This document shows, one piece after another, positions 17,647 through 26,597 of a stretch of 33,057 nt of DNA (position 1 is the first letter of the stretch; the number at the start of each line of letters is the position of its first letter). The position numbers and the translations under genes were made by a program. Source of the stretch: a virus (taxonomy: Duplodnaviria; Heunggongvirae; Uroviricota; Caudoviricetes). The notes beneath the pieces were generated by a model that worked only from the letters and a program-made list of their open reading frames with translations, was not told the DNA's origin and ran no database searches. The stretch is taken from positions 1 through 33,057 of the IMG/VR virus record IMGVR_UViG_2713896897_000015; one strand, given 5' to 3'.

Positions 17647-17791
17647 CCCGGAGACGAACGGTGATTTAAGTGCCGATATCCGGCAGCTTGAGAACGCGCT
17701 GGCACGCTGTGCCAGCCAGGTAAAAATGATTAAACACTGTCAGGACGAAAACGATGCTCAAACCCGACAGCCTGCGCAGGGCGCTGACTGA
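17501..17791 (+). CDS. lysC: LysC (Rz1-like outer-membrane lipoprotein spanin), nested in the +1 frame of lysB
   Basis: The ATG at 17501 (GAGG upstream) gives 96 aa beginning MKTKIFAAGTALTCLMLCAGC, a lipoprotein signal with lipobox LCAGC. The gene starts inside lysB and ends inside R. Confidence 0.8.
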   Translation: MKTKIFAAGTALTCLMLCAGCTSARPALTPVIVHNACPKVSLCPMPGSDPETNGDLSADIRQLENALARCASQVKMIKHCQDENDAQTRQPAQGAD

Positions 17792-18221
17792 TGCCGTCAC
17801 GGTGCTGAAAACCAGTCCCGAGATGCTGCGGATATTCGTGGATAACGGGAGTATTGCCTCCACACTGGCGACGTCGCTGTCATTTGAAAAGCGTTACACG
17901 CTCAATGTCATTGTGACCGACTTTACCGGTGATTTTGACCTGCTCATCGTGCCGGTGCTGGCGTGGCTGCGGGAAAATCAGCCCGACATCATGACCACCG
18001 ACGAAGGCCAGAAAAAGGGCTTCACGTTTTATGCGGACATCAACAATGACAGCAGCTTTGATATCAGCATCAGCCTGATGCTGACCGAGCGCACGCTGGT
18101 CAGTGAGGTGGACGGCGCGCTGCATGTGAAGAATATCCCGGAACCTCTGCCGCCGGAGCCGGTCACCCGCCCGATGGAGCTGTATATCAATGGCGAACTG
18201 GTGAGCAAGTGGGATGAATGA
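17754..18221 (+). CDS. R: Tail completion protein R
   Basis: 155-aa ORF, P2 R length and position. Confidence 0.9.
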   Translation: MLKPDSLRRALTDAVTVLKTSPEMLRIFVDNGSIASTLATSLSFEKRYTLNVIVTDFTGDFDLLIVPVLAWLRENQPDIMTTDEGQKKGFTFYADINNDSSFDISISLMLTERTLVSEVDGALHVKNIPEPLPPEPVTRPMELYINGELVSKWDE

Positions 18222-18666
18222 GTTTAAGCGTTTTGAAGACCGGCTGACCGGACTGATTGAATCGCTGTCACCGTCAGGGCGTCGGCGACTGAGCACCGAA
18301 CTGGCGAAACGTCTGCGGCAGAGTCAGCAGCGCCGGGTGATGGCACAGAAAGCCCCGGACGGCACACCCTACGCGCCACGCCAGCAGCAGAGCGCCAGAA
18401 AAAAGACCGGTCGTGTTAAGCGAAAAATGTTTGCGAAACTTATCACCAGTCGTTTTTTGCATATCCGCGCCAGCCCGGAACAGGCAGCAATGGAATTTTA
18501 CGGCGGGAAGTCACCGAAAATCGCCAGTGTGCATCAGTTTGGTCTGTCGGAAGAAAACCGGAAAGACGGTAAGAAAATTGATTATCCGGCGCGTCCTCTG
18601 CTCGGCTTTACCGGTGAGGATGTGCAGATGATTGAAGAGATTATTCTGGCTCACCTCGACCGTTAG
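18214..18666 (+). CDS. S: Tail completion protein S
   Basis: 150-aa ORF overlapping the R stop, P2 S length. Confidence 0.9.
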   Translation: MNEFKRFEDRLTGLIESLSPSGRRRLSTELAKRLRQSQQRRVMAQKAPDGTPYAPRQQQSARKKTGRVKRKMFAKLITSRFLHIRASPEQAAMEFYGGKSPKIASVHQFGLSEENRKDGKKIDYPARPLLGFTGEDVQMIEEIILAHLDR

Positions 18667-18732
18667 TTGTGCCATTCCCGACACCTCATCGTCACATTGC
18701 CGCCAGTATGACCCGGCGGCATCCTTCCCGTT

Positions 18733-19368
18733 ATGAACACTCTCGCAAATATTCAGGAACTCGCGCGCGCACTGCGCAACATGATCCGCACCGGCATTAT
18801 CGTCGAAACCGACCTTAACGCCGGTCGCTGCCGTGTGCAGACCGGCGGCATGTGCACCGACTGGCTTCAGTGGTTGACCCATCGCGCCGGACGTTCGCGC
18901 ACATGGTGGGCACCTTCCGTGGGGGAACAGGTGCTGATTCTGGCCGTGGGCGGTGAACTCGACACGGCGTTCGTTCTGCCGGGGATTTATTCCGGCGATA
19001 ACCCCGCGCCGTCTGCGTCGGCGGATGCCCTGCATATCCGTTTCCCTGACGGAGCGGTGATTGAGTATGAACCTGAAACCAGTGCACTCACGGTAAGCGG
19101 AATTAAAACGGCCAGCGTGACGGCTTCTGATTCTGTTACCGCCACGGTGCCGGTGGTCATGGTGAAAGCATCAACCCGCGTCACCCTGGACACACCGGAG
19201 GTGGTCTGCACCAACAGGCTGATTACCGGCACGCTGGAAGTACAGAAGGGCGGGACGATGCGCGGCAACATTGAACACACCGGCGGTGAACTCTCATCAA
19301 ACGGTAAGGTACTGCATACCCATAAACACCCCGGCGACAGTGGCGGCACAACAGGGGGACCTCTATGA
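18733..19368 (+). CDS. V: Baseplate central spike protein V
   Basis: 211-aa ORF, P2 V length, first gene of the baseplate operon after an intergenic gap. Confidence 0.9.
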   Translation: MNTLANIQELARALRNMIRTGIIVETDLNAGRCRVQTGGMCTDWLQWLTHRAGRSRTWWAPSVGEQVLILAVGGELDTAFVLPGIYSGDNPAPSASADALHIRFPDGAVIEYEPETSALTVSGIKTASVTASDSVTATVPVVMVKASTRVTLDTPEVVCTNRLITGTLEVQKGGTMRGNIEHTGGELSSNGKVLHTHKHPGDSGGTTGGPL

Positions 19369-19712
19369 CTGCGCGTTATCTCGGAATGAATCGCAGTGAT
19401 GGCCTGACGGTCACTGACCTTGAGCATATCAGCCAGAGTATCGGCGATATCCTGCGCACACCGGTCGGCTCACGGGTGATGCGTCGTGATTACGGCTCGT
19501 TGCTGGCATCAATGATTGACCAGCCGCAGACCCCGGCGCTTGAGTTGCAGATTAAGGTCGCCTGTTACATGGCGGTGCTGAAATGGGAACCCCGCGTCAC
19601 CCTGTCATCCGTCACCACTGAGCGCAGTTTTGACGGGCGAATGACGGTCACGTTAACCGGCCAGCACAACGACACCGGCCAGCCACTTTCGTTAACCATC
19701 CCTGTGAGTTGA
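19365..19712 (+). CDS. W: Baseplate protein W (gp25-like)
   Basis: 115-aa ORF overlapping the V stop. Confidence 0.9.
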   Translation: MTARYLGMNRSDGLTVTDLEHISQSIGDILRTPVGSRVMRRDYGSLLASMIDQPQTPALELQIKVACYMAVLKWEPRVTLSSVTTERSFDGRMTVTLTGQHNDTGQPLSLTIPVS

Positions 19713-19716
19713 AACC

Positions 19717-20625
19717 ATGCCGATTATCGACCTGAACCAGCTACCCGCACCGGATGTGGTCGAGGAGCTGGACTTTGAAACCATTCTTGCCGAACGCAAG
19801 GCGACACTGATTTCCCTTTACCCGGAAGACCAGCAGGAGGCGGTTGCCCGTACCCTGACGCTGGAATCTGAGCCTCTCGTCAAACTGCTGGAGGAAAATG
19901 CTTATCGTGAGCTTATCTGGCGTCAGCGTGTGAATGAGGCCGCACGGGCGGTGATGCTGGCCTGTGCCGCCGGTAATGACCTTGATGTGATTGGTGCCAA
20001 TTACAACACCACGCGCCTGATTATCACCCCGGCAGATGATTCGACTATCCCGCCGACACCGGCAGTGATGGAGTCTGACACCGATTATCGTCTGCGTATT
20101 CAGCAGGCGTTTGAGGGCTTAAGCGTCGCCGGGTCGGTGGGTGCCTATCAGTATCATGGTCGCAGTGCCGACGGGCGCGTCGCGGATATCTCTGTCACCA
20201 GTCCGTCTCCGGCCTGCGTCACTATCTCTGTGCTGTCACGTGAAAATAACGGTGTCGCATCCGAAGACCTGCTGGCTGTGGTGCGTAACGCCCTTAATGG
20301 CGAGGACGTCAGGCCGGTGGCTGACCGTGTGACCGTGCAGTCTGCCGCCATCGTTGAATACCAGATAAACGCCACGCTTTACCTTTACCCTGGCCCCGAA
20401 AGCGAACCCATTCGCGCTGCCGCCGTGAAAAAACTGGAAGCGTATATCACGGCACAGCACCGGCTGGGGCGCGACATCCGTCTGTCTGCCATTTATGCCG
20501 CTTTGCATGTGGAAGGCGTGCAGCGTGTCGAACTGACTGCACCGCTGGCCGACATCGTGCTCAACAGTACGCAGGCGTCTTTCTGTACCGAATACCGCGT
20601 CGTGACCGGAGGCTCGGATGAGTGA
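19717..20625 (+). CDS. J: Baseplate wedge protein J
   Basis: 302-aa ORF, P2 J length. Confidence 0.9.
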   Translation: MPIIDLNQLPAPDVVEELDFETILAERKATLISLYPEDQQEAVARTLTLESEPLVKLLEENAYRELIWRQRVNEAARAVMLACAAGNDLDVIGANYNTTRLIITPADDSTIPPTPAVMESDTDYRLRIQQAFEGLSVAGSVGAYQYHGRSADGRVADISVTSPSPACVTISVLSRENNGVASEDLLAVVRNALNGEDVRPVADRVTVQSAAIVEYQINATLYLYPGPESEPIRAAAVKKLEAYITAQHRLGRDIRLSAIYAALHVEGVQRVELTAPLADIVLNSTQASFCTEYRVVTGGSDE

Positions 20626-21229
20626 TTCGCGACTGCTGCCGACTGGCTCATCACCGCTTGAAGTTGCCGCCGCAAAAGCCTGTGCGGAAATTGAAAAAAC
20701 GCCGGTCAGTATTCGTGAGCTGTGGAACCCGGATACCTGCCCGGCAAATCTGCTGCCGTGGCTGGCGTGGTCATTTTCGGTTGACCGCTGGGATGATAAG
20801 TGGCCGGAAGCGACAAAACGCGCTGTTATCCGCGATGCGTATTTCATTCACTGCCATAAGGGCACTATAGGCGCAATCCGGCGTGTGGTGGAGCCGCTCG
20901 GCTATCTGATTGAGGTGAGGGAGTGGTGGCAACTCAATGAGGAGCCGGGGACGTTCCGCATCGTTGTTGGCGTGCTTGAGCAGGGTATTACCGAGGAAAT
21001 GTATCAGGAGCTGGAGCGCCTCGTTGCTGATGCAAAACCGGCGAGCCGCCATCTGACGGGACTGGCTATCAGTTTAAGTACAACCGGCAACATTTTTGCC
21101 GGTGCGGGATGCTATCACGGCGACGCCCTGACGGTTTATCCCTACACCCCGGAGGCCATTATTGTCGGAGGGGATTATTTCCCGGCCTCGGCCATTCATT
21201 TAATTGATAACCTGAGAGTAAACGCATGA
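20618..21229 (+). CDS. I: Baseplate protein I
   Basis: 203-aa ORF overlapping the J stop; N-terminus MSDSRLLPTGSSPLEVAAAKA as in P2 I, with a longer C-terminus. Confidence 0.88.
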   Translation: MSDSRLLPTGSSPLEVAAAKACAEIEKTPVSIRELWNPDTCPANLLPWLAWSFSVDRWDDKWPEATKRAVIRDAYFIHCHKGTIGAIRRVVEPLGYLIEVREWWQLNEEPGTFRIVVGVLEQGITEEMYQELERLVADAKPASRHLTGLAISLSTTGNIFAGAGCYHGDALTVYPYTPEAIIVGGDYFPASAIHLIDNLRVNA

Positions 21230-22725
21230 CAGTGAAATACTACGCCATTCTGACTAATCAGGGCGCAGCACGGCTGGCTAACGCGACGATGCTCGGCAGT
21301 AAGCTGAATCTGACGCAAATGGCCGTTGGTGATGCGAATGGTGTCTTGCCGACACCAGACCCGGCACAGACAAAACTGATTAACCAGAAACGCATCGCGC
21401 CGCTGAATCTTCTGAGTGTTGACCCGAACAACCAGAGCCAGATTATTGCGGAGCAAATCATCCCTGAGAACGAGGGCGGATTCTGGATCCGTGAGATTGG
21501 GCTTTATGATGATGAAGGCGTACTCATTGCGGTGGCAAACTGCCCGGAAACGTACAAACCGCAGTTGCAGGAAGGAAGCGGTCGTACCCAGACTATCCGC
21601 ATGATTCTGGTTGTCTCGAATACCGAAGCCATCACGCTGAAAATCGACCCGTCGGTGGTACTGGCGACCCGTAAATACGTGGATGATGAAGTCCTGGAAT
21701 TAAGGCTGTATGTGGATGACCAGATGAGAAACCACATTGCCGCACAGGATCCTCATACCCAGTATGCACAGAAACATAATCCGACATTTACCGGAGAACC
21801 AAAAGCGCCGACGCCTGCCGCAGGAAATAACACCACGCGGATTGCGACTACTGCGTTTGTTCAGGCCGCTATTACCGCTCTGATTAACGGTGCGCCAGCC
21901 ACGCTGGACACACTGAAAGAAATTGCCGCAGCCATTAACAATGACCCGAAATTCAGCACCACCATTAACAATGAGCTGGCACTGAAAGCGCCGCTGTCGA
22001 GTCCCGCACTTACCGGAACGCCAACAGCACCTACTGCGGCACAGTCGGTCAACAATACACAGATTGCCACCACGGCTTTTGTGAAATCAGCAATTGCGGC
22101 AATGGTGGGTTCTGCCCCTGCGGCACTGGATACACTGAATGAACTGGCGGCGGCGCTGGGGAATGACCCTAACTTTTCAACAACAGTGCTTAATGCACTG
22201 GCAGGCAAACAACCGCTGGACAATACGCTTACTAATTTGAGTGGAAAGGATGTTGCTGGTCTTCTCGCATACCTTGGTTTGGGAGAAGGCTCTGCATTAC
22301 CGGTTGGGGTGCCTGTTCCGTGGCCTTCAGCTACGCCGCCAACAGGCTGGCTGAAATGCAATGGCGCTGCCTTTGATAAGGTTAAATATCCCCGTCTTGC
22401 TACAGCATATCCATCAGGGAAACTACCTGATCTCCGCGGTGAGTTTATTCGTGGCTGGGATGACGGGCGCGGTATTGATACAGGGCGTGCTTTATTGAGT
22501 ATTCAGAGTGATGAAGTCAGAAAGCTCGCATTAAAATACTGGGGACCAGCTTCAAACAGTTCACCATCAAAAACATTTGCACTCAGCGACAGTGCCGGTG
22601 GCGGGTTGTACACGGATGGAATAAGTCAGGCAAGTGGTGGGATTATCAACGCTTTTCAGCTCCCTGGCGGTAACGAAACCCGCCCACGAAATGTTGCATT
22701 TAACTATATCGTGAGGGCTGCATAA
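21226..22725 (+). CDS. H: Tail fibre protein H (constant N-terminal part fused to the currently expressed variable C-terminal domain)
   Basis: 499-aa ORF with internal about 75-aa tandem repeats (IATTAFV...LDTLKEIAAA...NDPKFSTT) and a tail-collar-type C-terminus (PVGVPVPWP...GWLKCNG...YPRL...LPDLRGEFIRG). It is shorter than P2 H (669 aa). The inversion crossover site lies inside it at 22262-22287. Confidence 0.9.
   Translation: MTVKYYAILTNQGAARLANATMLGSKLNLTQMAVGDANGVLPTPDPAQTKLINQKRIAPLNLLSVDPNNQSQIIAEQIIPENEGGFWIREIGLYDDEGVLIAVANCPETYKPQLQEGSGRTQTIRMILVVSNTEAITLKIDPSVVLATRKYVDDEVLELRLYVDDQMRNHIAAQDPHTQYAQKHNPTFTGEPKAPTPAAGNNTTRIATTAFVQAAITALINGAPATLDTLKEIAAAINNDPKFSTTINNELALKAPLSSPALTGTPTAPTAAQSVNNTQIATTAFVKSAIAAMVGSAPAALDTLNELAAALGNDPNFSTTVLNALAGKQPLDNTLTNLSGKDVAGLLAYLGLGEGSALPVGVPVPWPSATPPTGWLKCNGAAFDKVKYPRLATAYPSGKLPDLRGEFIRGWDDGRGIDTGRALLSIQSDEVRKLALKYWGPASNSSPSKTFALSDSAGGGLYTDGISQASGGIINAFQLPGGNETRPRNVAFNYIVRAA
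21826..22240 (+). repeat. Intragenic tandem repeat (about 225-nt period, two copies) within H
   Basis: Protein repeats NTTRIATTAFVQAAITALINGAPATLDTLKEIAAAINNDPKFSTTINNELALKAP and NNTQIATTAFVKSAIAAMVGSAPAALDTLNELAAALGNDPNFSTTVLNALAGKQP. Coordinates are approximate. Confidence 0.6.
22262..22287. repeat. Invertase crossover site (gix/hix-like), left, inside H
   Basis: TTCTCGCATACCTTGGTTTGGGAGAA is an inverted copy of the site at 24086-24111 (21 of 26 identical, 14 contiguous). It has the TTC..AAACC/GGTTT..GAA architecture of Gin/Hin/Pin/Cin recombination sites. Confidence 0.7.
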
Positions 22726-23327
22726 TGGATAATGCTGTATTAAATAGCGAGTTTATTGCCACGAAGGCGGGGAATATTACCGTCTATAACTATGATAGTG
22801 AAACACGGGAATATATTTCCACATCAACTGAATATCTTGCTGTCGGCGTCGGTATCCCTGCATGTTCTTGTTTAGATGCTCCTGGCTCACATAAAGCTGG
22901 TTATGCAATTTGCCGTTCTGCAGATTTTAACTCATGGGAATATGTGCCAGACCATCGCGGTGAAATCGTCTATAGCACCGAAACAGGAGAATCAAAAGAA
23001 ATCACAGCTCCGGGTGATTACCCTGAAAAGACAACCACTATCGCCACGTTAACGCCATACGATAAATGGGATGGTGAGAAATGGGTGACGGATACCGAGG
23101 CACAGCATAGCGCCGCAGTAGACGCGGCAGAAGCACAACGTCAGTCACTGATTGATACTGCAATGGCTTCCATCAGTCTGATTCAACTGAAATTGCAGGC
23201 CGGACGTAAACTAACGCAGGCAGAAACAACCCGGCTTAACGCTGTGCTGGATTACATTGACGCGGTGACGGCAACAGATACCGGCACCGCGCCGGATGTC
23301 ATCTGGCCTGAACTGCCGGAGGCGTAG
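22725..23327 (+). CDS. G: Tail fibre assembly chaperone (G; Mu U-like)
   Basis: 200-aa ORF directly after H (TAATG overlap). The C-terminal motif (...LIDTAMASISLIQ...LNAVLDYIDAV...APDVIWPELP) is shared with the convergent minus-strand paralog. Confidence 0.85.
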   Translation: MDNAVLNSEFIATKAGNITVYNYDSETREYISTSTEYLAVGVGIPACSCLDAPGSHKAGYAICRSADFNSWEYVPDHRGEIVYSTETGESKEITAPGDYPEKTTTIATLTPYDKWDGEKWVTDTEAQHSAAVDAAEAQRQSLIDTAMASISLIQLKLQAGRKLTQAETTRLNAVLDYIDAVTATDTGTAPDVIWPELPEA

Positions 23328-23742
23328 GCCATTCATTATCTGGCGCACCGGAAGTATCGACCAGTTCCAGTGCGTCCAGGTAATCCAGCCACAAATTATA
23401 TTGCGCCAGTTCGTCACCTTTCAGACGACCAATAGCTGCTTTGCCAGGCCATTGCTTACTGTTCATATATTCGTTGGCATTATCAATAAGATTTTGCTTT
23501 TGAGCTGTGGCAAGGAGTATTGCTTCTTCAGGAGCCATTGGTGGAATATCAACCCACTCAGGTTGTCCATCATCATTTGCACCGCGCGCTTTCCCTTCAG
23601 GTGGTGTTCCTGAATAAGTCAAAAATATTTCATCAGATACTGGTGTAATATCATCCGGTAAGCTGTCATATGAGCGATATAGCTCCAGCATATCTACCGG
23701 ATAAAAAGCTAACGTCGTCCGTGAAAAATAATAATTACTCAT
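23299..23742 (-). CDS. Alternative tail fibre assembly chaperone (G'), used in the inverted orientation
   Basis: 147-aa minus-strand ORF with a Tfa-type C-terminus (NLIDNANEYMNSKQW...LWLDYLDALELVDTSGAPDNEWP). It converges on G and overlaps its 3' end by 29 nt. Confidence 0.8.
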   Translation of the reverse strand: MSNYYFSRTTLAFYPVDMLELYRSYDSLPDDITPVSDEIFLTYSGTPPEGKARGANDDGQPEWVDIPPMAPEEAILLATAQKQNLIDNANEYMNSKQWPGKAAIGRLKGDELAQYNLWLDYLDALELVDTSGAPDNEWPTPPAVQAR

Positions 23743-23743
23743 A

Positions 23744-24085
23744 TCAGCACCCTATTGCAAACCAGCGAAAATTATAATTGCCACCAGAAGCATCACAGCG
23801 TAGAAGAAATCCTGTCCTGGTCATATTCCCTGCTGCCCCGGCAACAATTTTTCCGCCACCATTATCGTAGGACGTCACCACCTGAAAACATTGCGACGGA
23901 AAAGCGATTGGGAAATTCATCTCATTGCCTGTCGAGCCTACATAACCCGTACCTGCGTCTCCTGCCCCCCATTGGATAATCAATCCTCCCGGTAACTTCT
24001 GATATCCCTTGCTGGCAATGCTGCCAGAAAAAGAACTCATATCCGGTATCTGACCTGAACCTGTTCCTACATTCCGTTTTGCCGC
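23744..24085 (-). CDS. Promoterless alternative tail-fibre C-terminal cassette (Hv'), fused in-frame to H after inversion
   Basis: The minus-strand frame through the 24086-24111 site encodes ...VGLGE-AAKRNVGTGSGQIPDMSSFSGS...NYNFRWFAIGC-stop, in the same codon register as LGLGE at the left site in H. Its stop is 1 nt before the G' start. Confidence 0.7.
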   Translation of the reverse strand, partial: AAKRNVGTGSGQIPDMSSFSGSIASKGYQKLPGGLIIQWGAGDAGTGYVGSTGNEMNFPIAFPSQCFQVVTSYDNGGGKIVAGAAGNMTRTGFLLRCDASGGNYNFRWFAIGC

Positions 24086-24111
24086 TTCTCCCAAACCAAC
24101 GTTTATGAAAA
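24086..24111. repeat. Invertase crossover site (gix/hix-like), right
   Basis: TTCTCCCAAACCAACGTTTATGAAAA, an inverted partner of 22262-22287, lies about 50 bp upstream of the invertase gene. Confidence 0.7.
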
Positions 24112-24160
24112 TGCAGAGATAACGGGCAACTGGCATCATCTCCGGTTTTTATTCAGGGGG

Positions 24161-24760
24161 ATGCTCATGCTTATTGGCTATGTACGCGTGTCAACAAATG
24201 ACCAGAACACGGAATTGCAGCGTAACGCGCTGGAGTGTGCAGGATGTGAGCTGATTTTTGAGGATAAAATCAGCGGCACGAAGTCCGACCGACCGGGACT
24301 GAAAAAACTGCTCAGAACATTATCAGCAGGTGACACTCTGGTGGTCTGGAAGCTGGACAGGCTGGGGCGTAGTATGCGGCATCTGGTCATTCTGGTTGAG
24401 GAGCTGCGCGAACGCGGCGTTAATTTTCGCAGCCTGACGGATGCTATTGATACCAGCACGCCGATGGGGCGCTTTTTCTTTCATGTGATGGGTGCCCTGG
24501 CTGAAATGGAGCGAGAACTCATTGTCGAGCGGACACGCGCCGGACTGGAAGCGGCCAGAGCCAAAGGTCGTATTGGTGGCAGACGACCGAAACTCACCAC
24601 GAGTGAGTGGGAGCAGGTCGGACGGTTGCTGGCTGCGGGGGAATCTCGTCAACGTGTGGCGCTGATTTTTGATATTGGCCTGTCCACGCTCTATAAAAAA
24701 TTCCCCTCATCAGCGACAAAGAATAAATTGTGTCATCCCTTAGCCAACCGGGACAAATAG
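24161..24760 (+). CDS. Serine DNA invertase (Gin/Hin/Pin/Cin family)
   Basis: 199-aa ORF; N-terminal catalytic domain with the GYVRVSTNDQ serine motif and a C-terminal HTH. AGGGGG RBS upstream; an alternative ATG lies at 24167. Confidence 0.93.
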   Translation: MLMLIGYVRVSTNDQNTELQRNALECAGCELIFEDKISGTKSDRPGLKKLLRTLSAGDTLVVWKLDRLGRSMRHLVILVEELRERGVNFRSLTDAIDTSTPMGRFFFHVMGALAEMERELIVERTRAGLEAARAKGRIGGRRPKLTTSEWEQVGRLLAAGESRQRVALIFDIGLSTLYKKFPSSATKNKLCHPLANRDK

Positions 24761-24819
24761 CCTGACATCTCCGGCACAACTGAAAATACCACTCACCCAT
24801 TAACCACGGAGTTAAACGG

Positions 24820-26010
24820 ATGAGTGACTATCATCACGGCGTGCAGGTGCTGGAGATTAACGACGGCACCCGCGTCATTTCCACCGTATCCACTGCCATT
24901 GTCGGCATGGTCTGCACGGCCAGCGATGCGGATGCGGAAACCTTCCCCCTCAATAAACCTGTGCTGATTACCAATGTGCAGAACGCAATTGCAAAGGCCG
25001 GTAAAAAAGGCACGCTGGCGGCATCGTTGCAGGCCATCGCTGACCAGTCAAAACCGGTCACCGTTGTCGTGCGCGTGGAAGACGGCACCGGTGATGACGA
25101 GGAAACGAAACTCGCGCAGACCGTTTCCAATATCATCGGCACCACCGACGAAAACGGTCAGTACACCGGACTGAAAGCCCTGCTGGCGGCGGAGTCGGTA
25201 ACTGGTGTTAAACCGCGTATTCTCGGCGTGCCGGGACTGGACACCAAAGAGGTGGCGGTTGCACTGGCATCAGTCTGTCAGAAGCTGCGCGCTTTCGGGT
25301 ATATCAGCGCATGGGGTTGTAAAACCATTTCCGAGGTGAAAGCCTACCGCCAGAATTTCAGCCAGCGTGAGCTGATGGTCATCTGGCCGGATTTCCTCGC
25401 ATGGGATACGGTCGCCAGTACCACCGCCACCGCGTATGCCACCGCCCGTGCGCTGGGTCTGCGCGCTAAAATTGACCAGGAGCAGGGCTGGCATAAAACG
25501 CTGTCCAACGTCGGGGTGAACGGTGTTACCGGCATCAGCGCGTCCGTATTCTGGGATTTGCAGGAGTCCGGCACCGATGCTGACCTGCTTAACGAGTCAG
25601 GCGTCACAACGCTGATTCGCCGTGACGGTTTCCGCTTCTGGGGTAACCGTACCTGCTCTGATGACCCGCTGTTCCTCTTTGAAAACTACACCCGCACCGC
25701 GCAGGTGCTGGCCGACACGATGGCTGAGGCGCACATGTGGGCGGTGGACAAGCCCATCACCGCAACGCTGATTCGCGACATCATTGACGGCATCAATGCC
25801 AAATTCCGTGAGTTGAAAACAAACGGCTATATCGTGGATGCGACCTGCTGGTTCAGCGAAGAATCCAACGATGCGGAAACCCTCAAGGCCGGAAAACTGT
25901 ATATCGACTACGACTATACACCGGTACCTCCTCTTGAAAACCTGACCCTGCGCCAGCGTATTACCGATAAATACCTGGCAAATCTGGTCACCTCGGTTAA
26001 CAGCAATTAA
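24820..26010 (+). CDS. FI: Contractile tail sheath protein
   Basis: 396-aa ORF, P2 FI length, followed by the tube gene. Confidence 0.95.
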   Translation: MSDYHHGVQVLEINDGTRVISTVSTAIVGMVCTASDADAETFPLNKPVLITNVQNAIAKAGKKGTLAASLQAIADQSKPVTVVVRVEDGTGDDEETKLAQTVSNIIGTTDENGQYTGLKALLAAESVTGVKPRILGVPGLDTKEVAVALASVCQKLRAFGYISAWGCKTISEVKAYRQNFSQRELMVIWPDFLAWDTVASTTATAYATARALGLRAKIDQEQGWHKTLSNVGVNGVTGISASVFWDLQESGTDADLLNESGVTTLIRRDGFRFWGNRTCSDDPLFLFENYTRTAQVLADTMAEAHMWAVDKPITATLIRDIIDGINAKFRELKTNGYIVDATCWFSEESNDAETLKAGKLYIDYDYTPVPPLENLTLRQRITDKYLANLVTSVNSN

Positions 26011-26022
26011 GGAGCCTGACCG

Positions 26023-26541
26023 ATGGCAATGCCGCGCAAACTCAAGTTAATGAACGTCTTTCTGAACGGCTACAGCTATCAGGGCGTCGCGAAGTCCGTC
26101 ACGCTACCAAAACTGACCCGTAAGCTCGAAAACTATCGCGGTGCGGGGATGAACGGCAGCGCACCGGTAGACCTCGGCCTTGATGACGATGCGCTGTCAA
26201 TGGAGTGGTCGCTCGGTGGCTTCCCGGATTCGGTTATCTGGGAGCTTTACGCCGCAACCGGTGTGGATGCCGTACCGATTCGTTTTGCAGGTTCTTACCA
26301 GCGCGACGATACCGGCGAAACGGTGGCCGTCGAGGTGGTCATGCGTGGACGTCAGAAAGAAATCGACACCGGCGAGGGCAAACAGGGAGAAGACACCGAG
26401 TCGAAAATCTCCGTGGTCTGCACCTATTTCCGGCTGACGATGGACGGTAAGGAGCTGGTCGAAATCGACACCATCAACATGATTGAGAAGGTGAACGGCG
26501 TCGACCGGCTGGAGCAACACCGCCGCAATATCGGCCTGTGA
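26023..26541 (+). CDS. FII: Tail tube protein
   Basis: 172-aa ORF, P2 FII length. Confidence 0.95.
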   Translation: MAMPRKLKLMNVFLNGYSYQGVAKSVTLPKLTRKLENYRGAGMNGSAPVDLGLDDDALSMEWSLGGFPDSVIWELYAATGVDAVPIRFAGSYQRDDTGETVAVEVVMRGRQKEIDTGEGKQGEDTESKISVVCTYFRLTMDGKELVEIDTINMIEKVNGVDRLEQHRRNIGL

Positions 26542-26597
26542 TTTTCATCCGGTCAGCCTGGCTGACCGGTTAACCCCGATTCAGAAGTGAGAAAACC

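Noticed and set aside
24112-24160. Recombinational enhancer (Fis-bound sis element) for the invertase
   Set aside because: In Gin/Hin systems the enhancer lies within the 5' part of the invertase gene, but I could not identify Fis sites by eye; not annotated.
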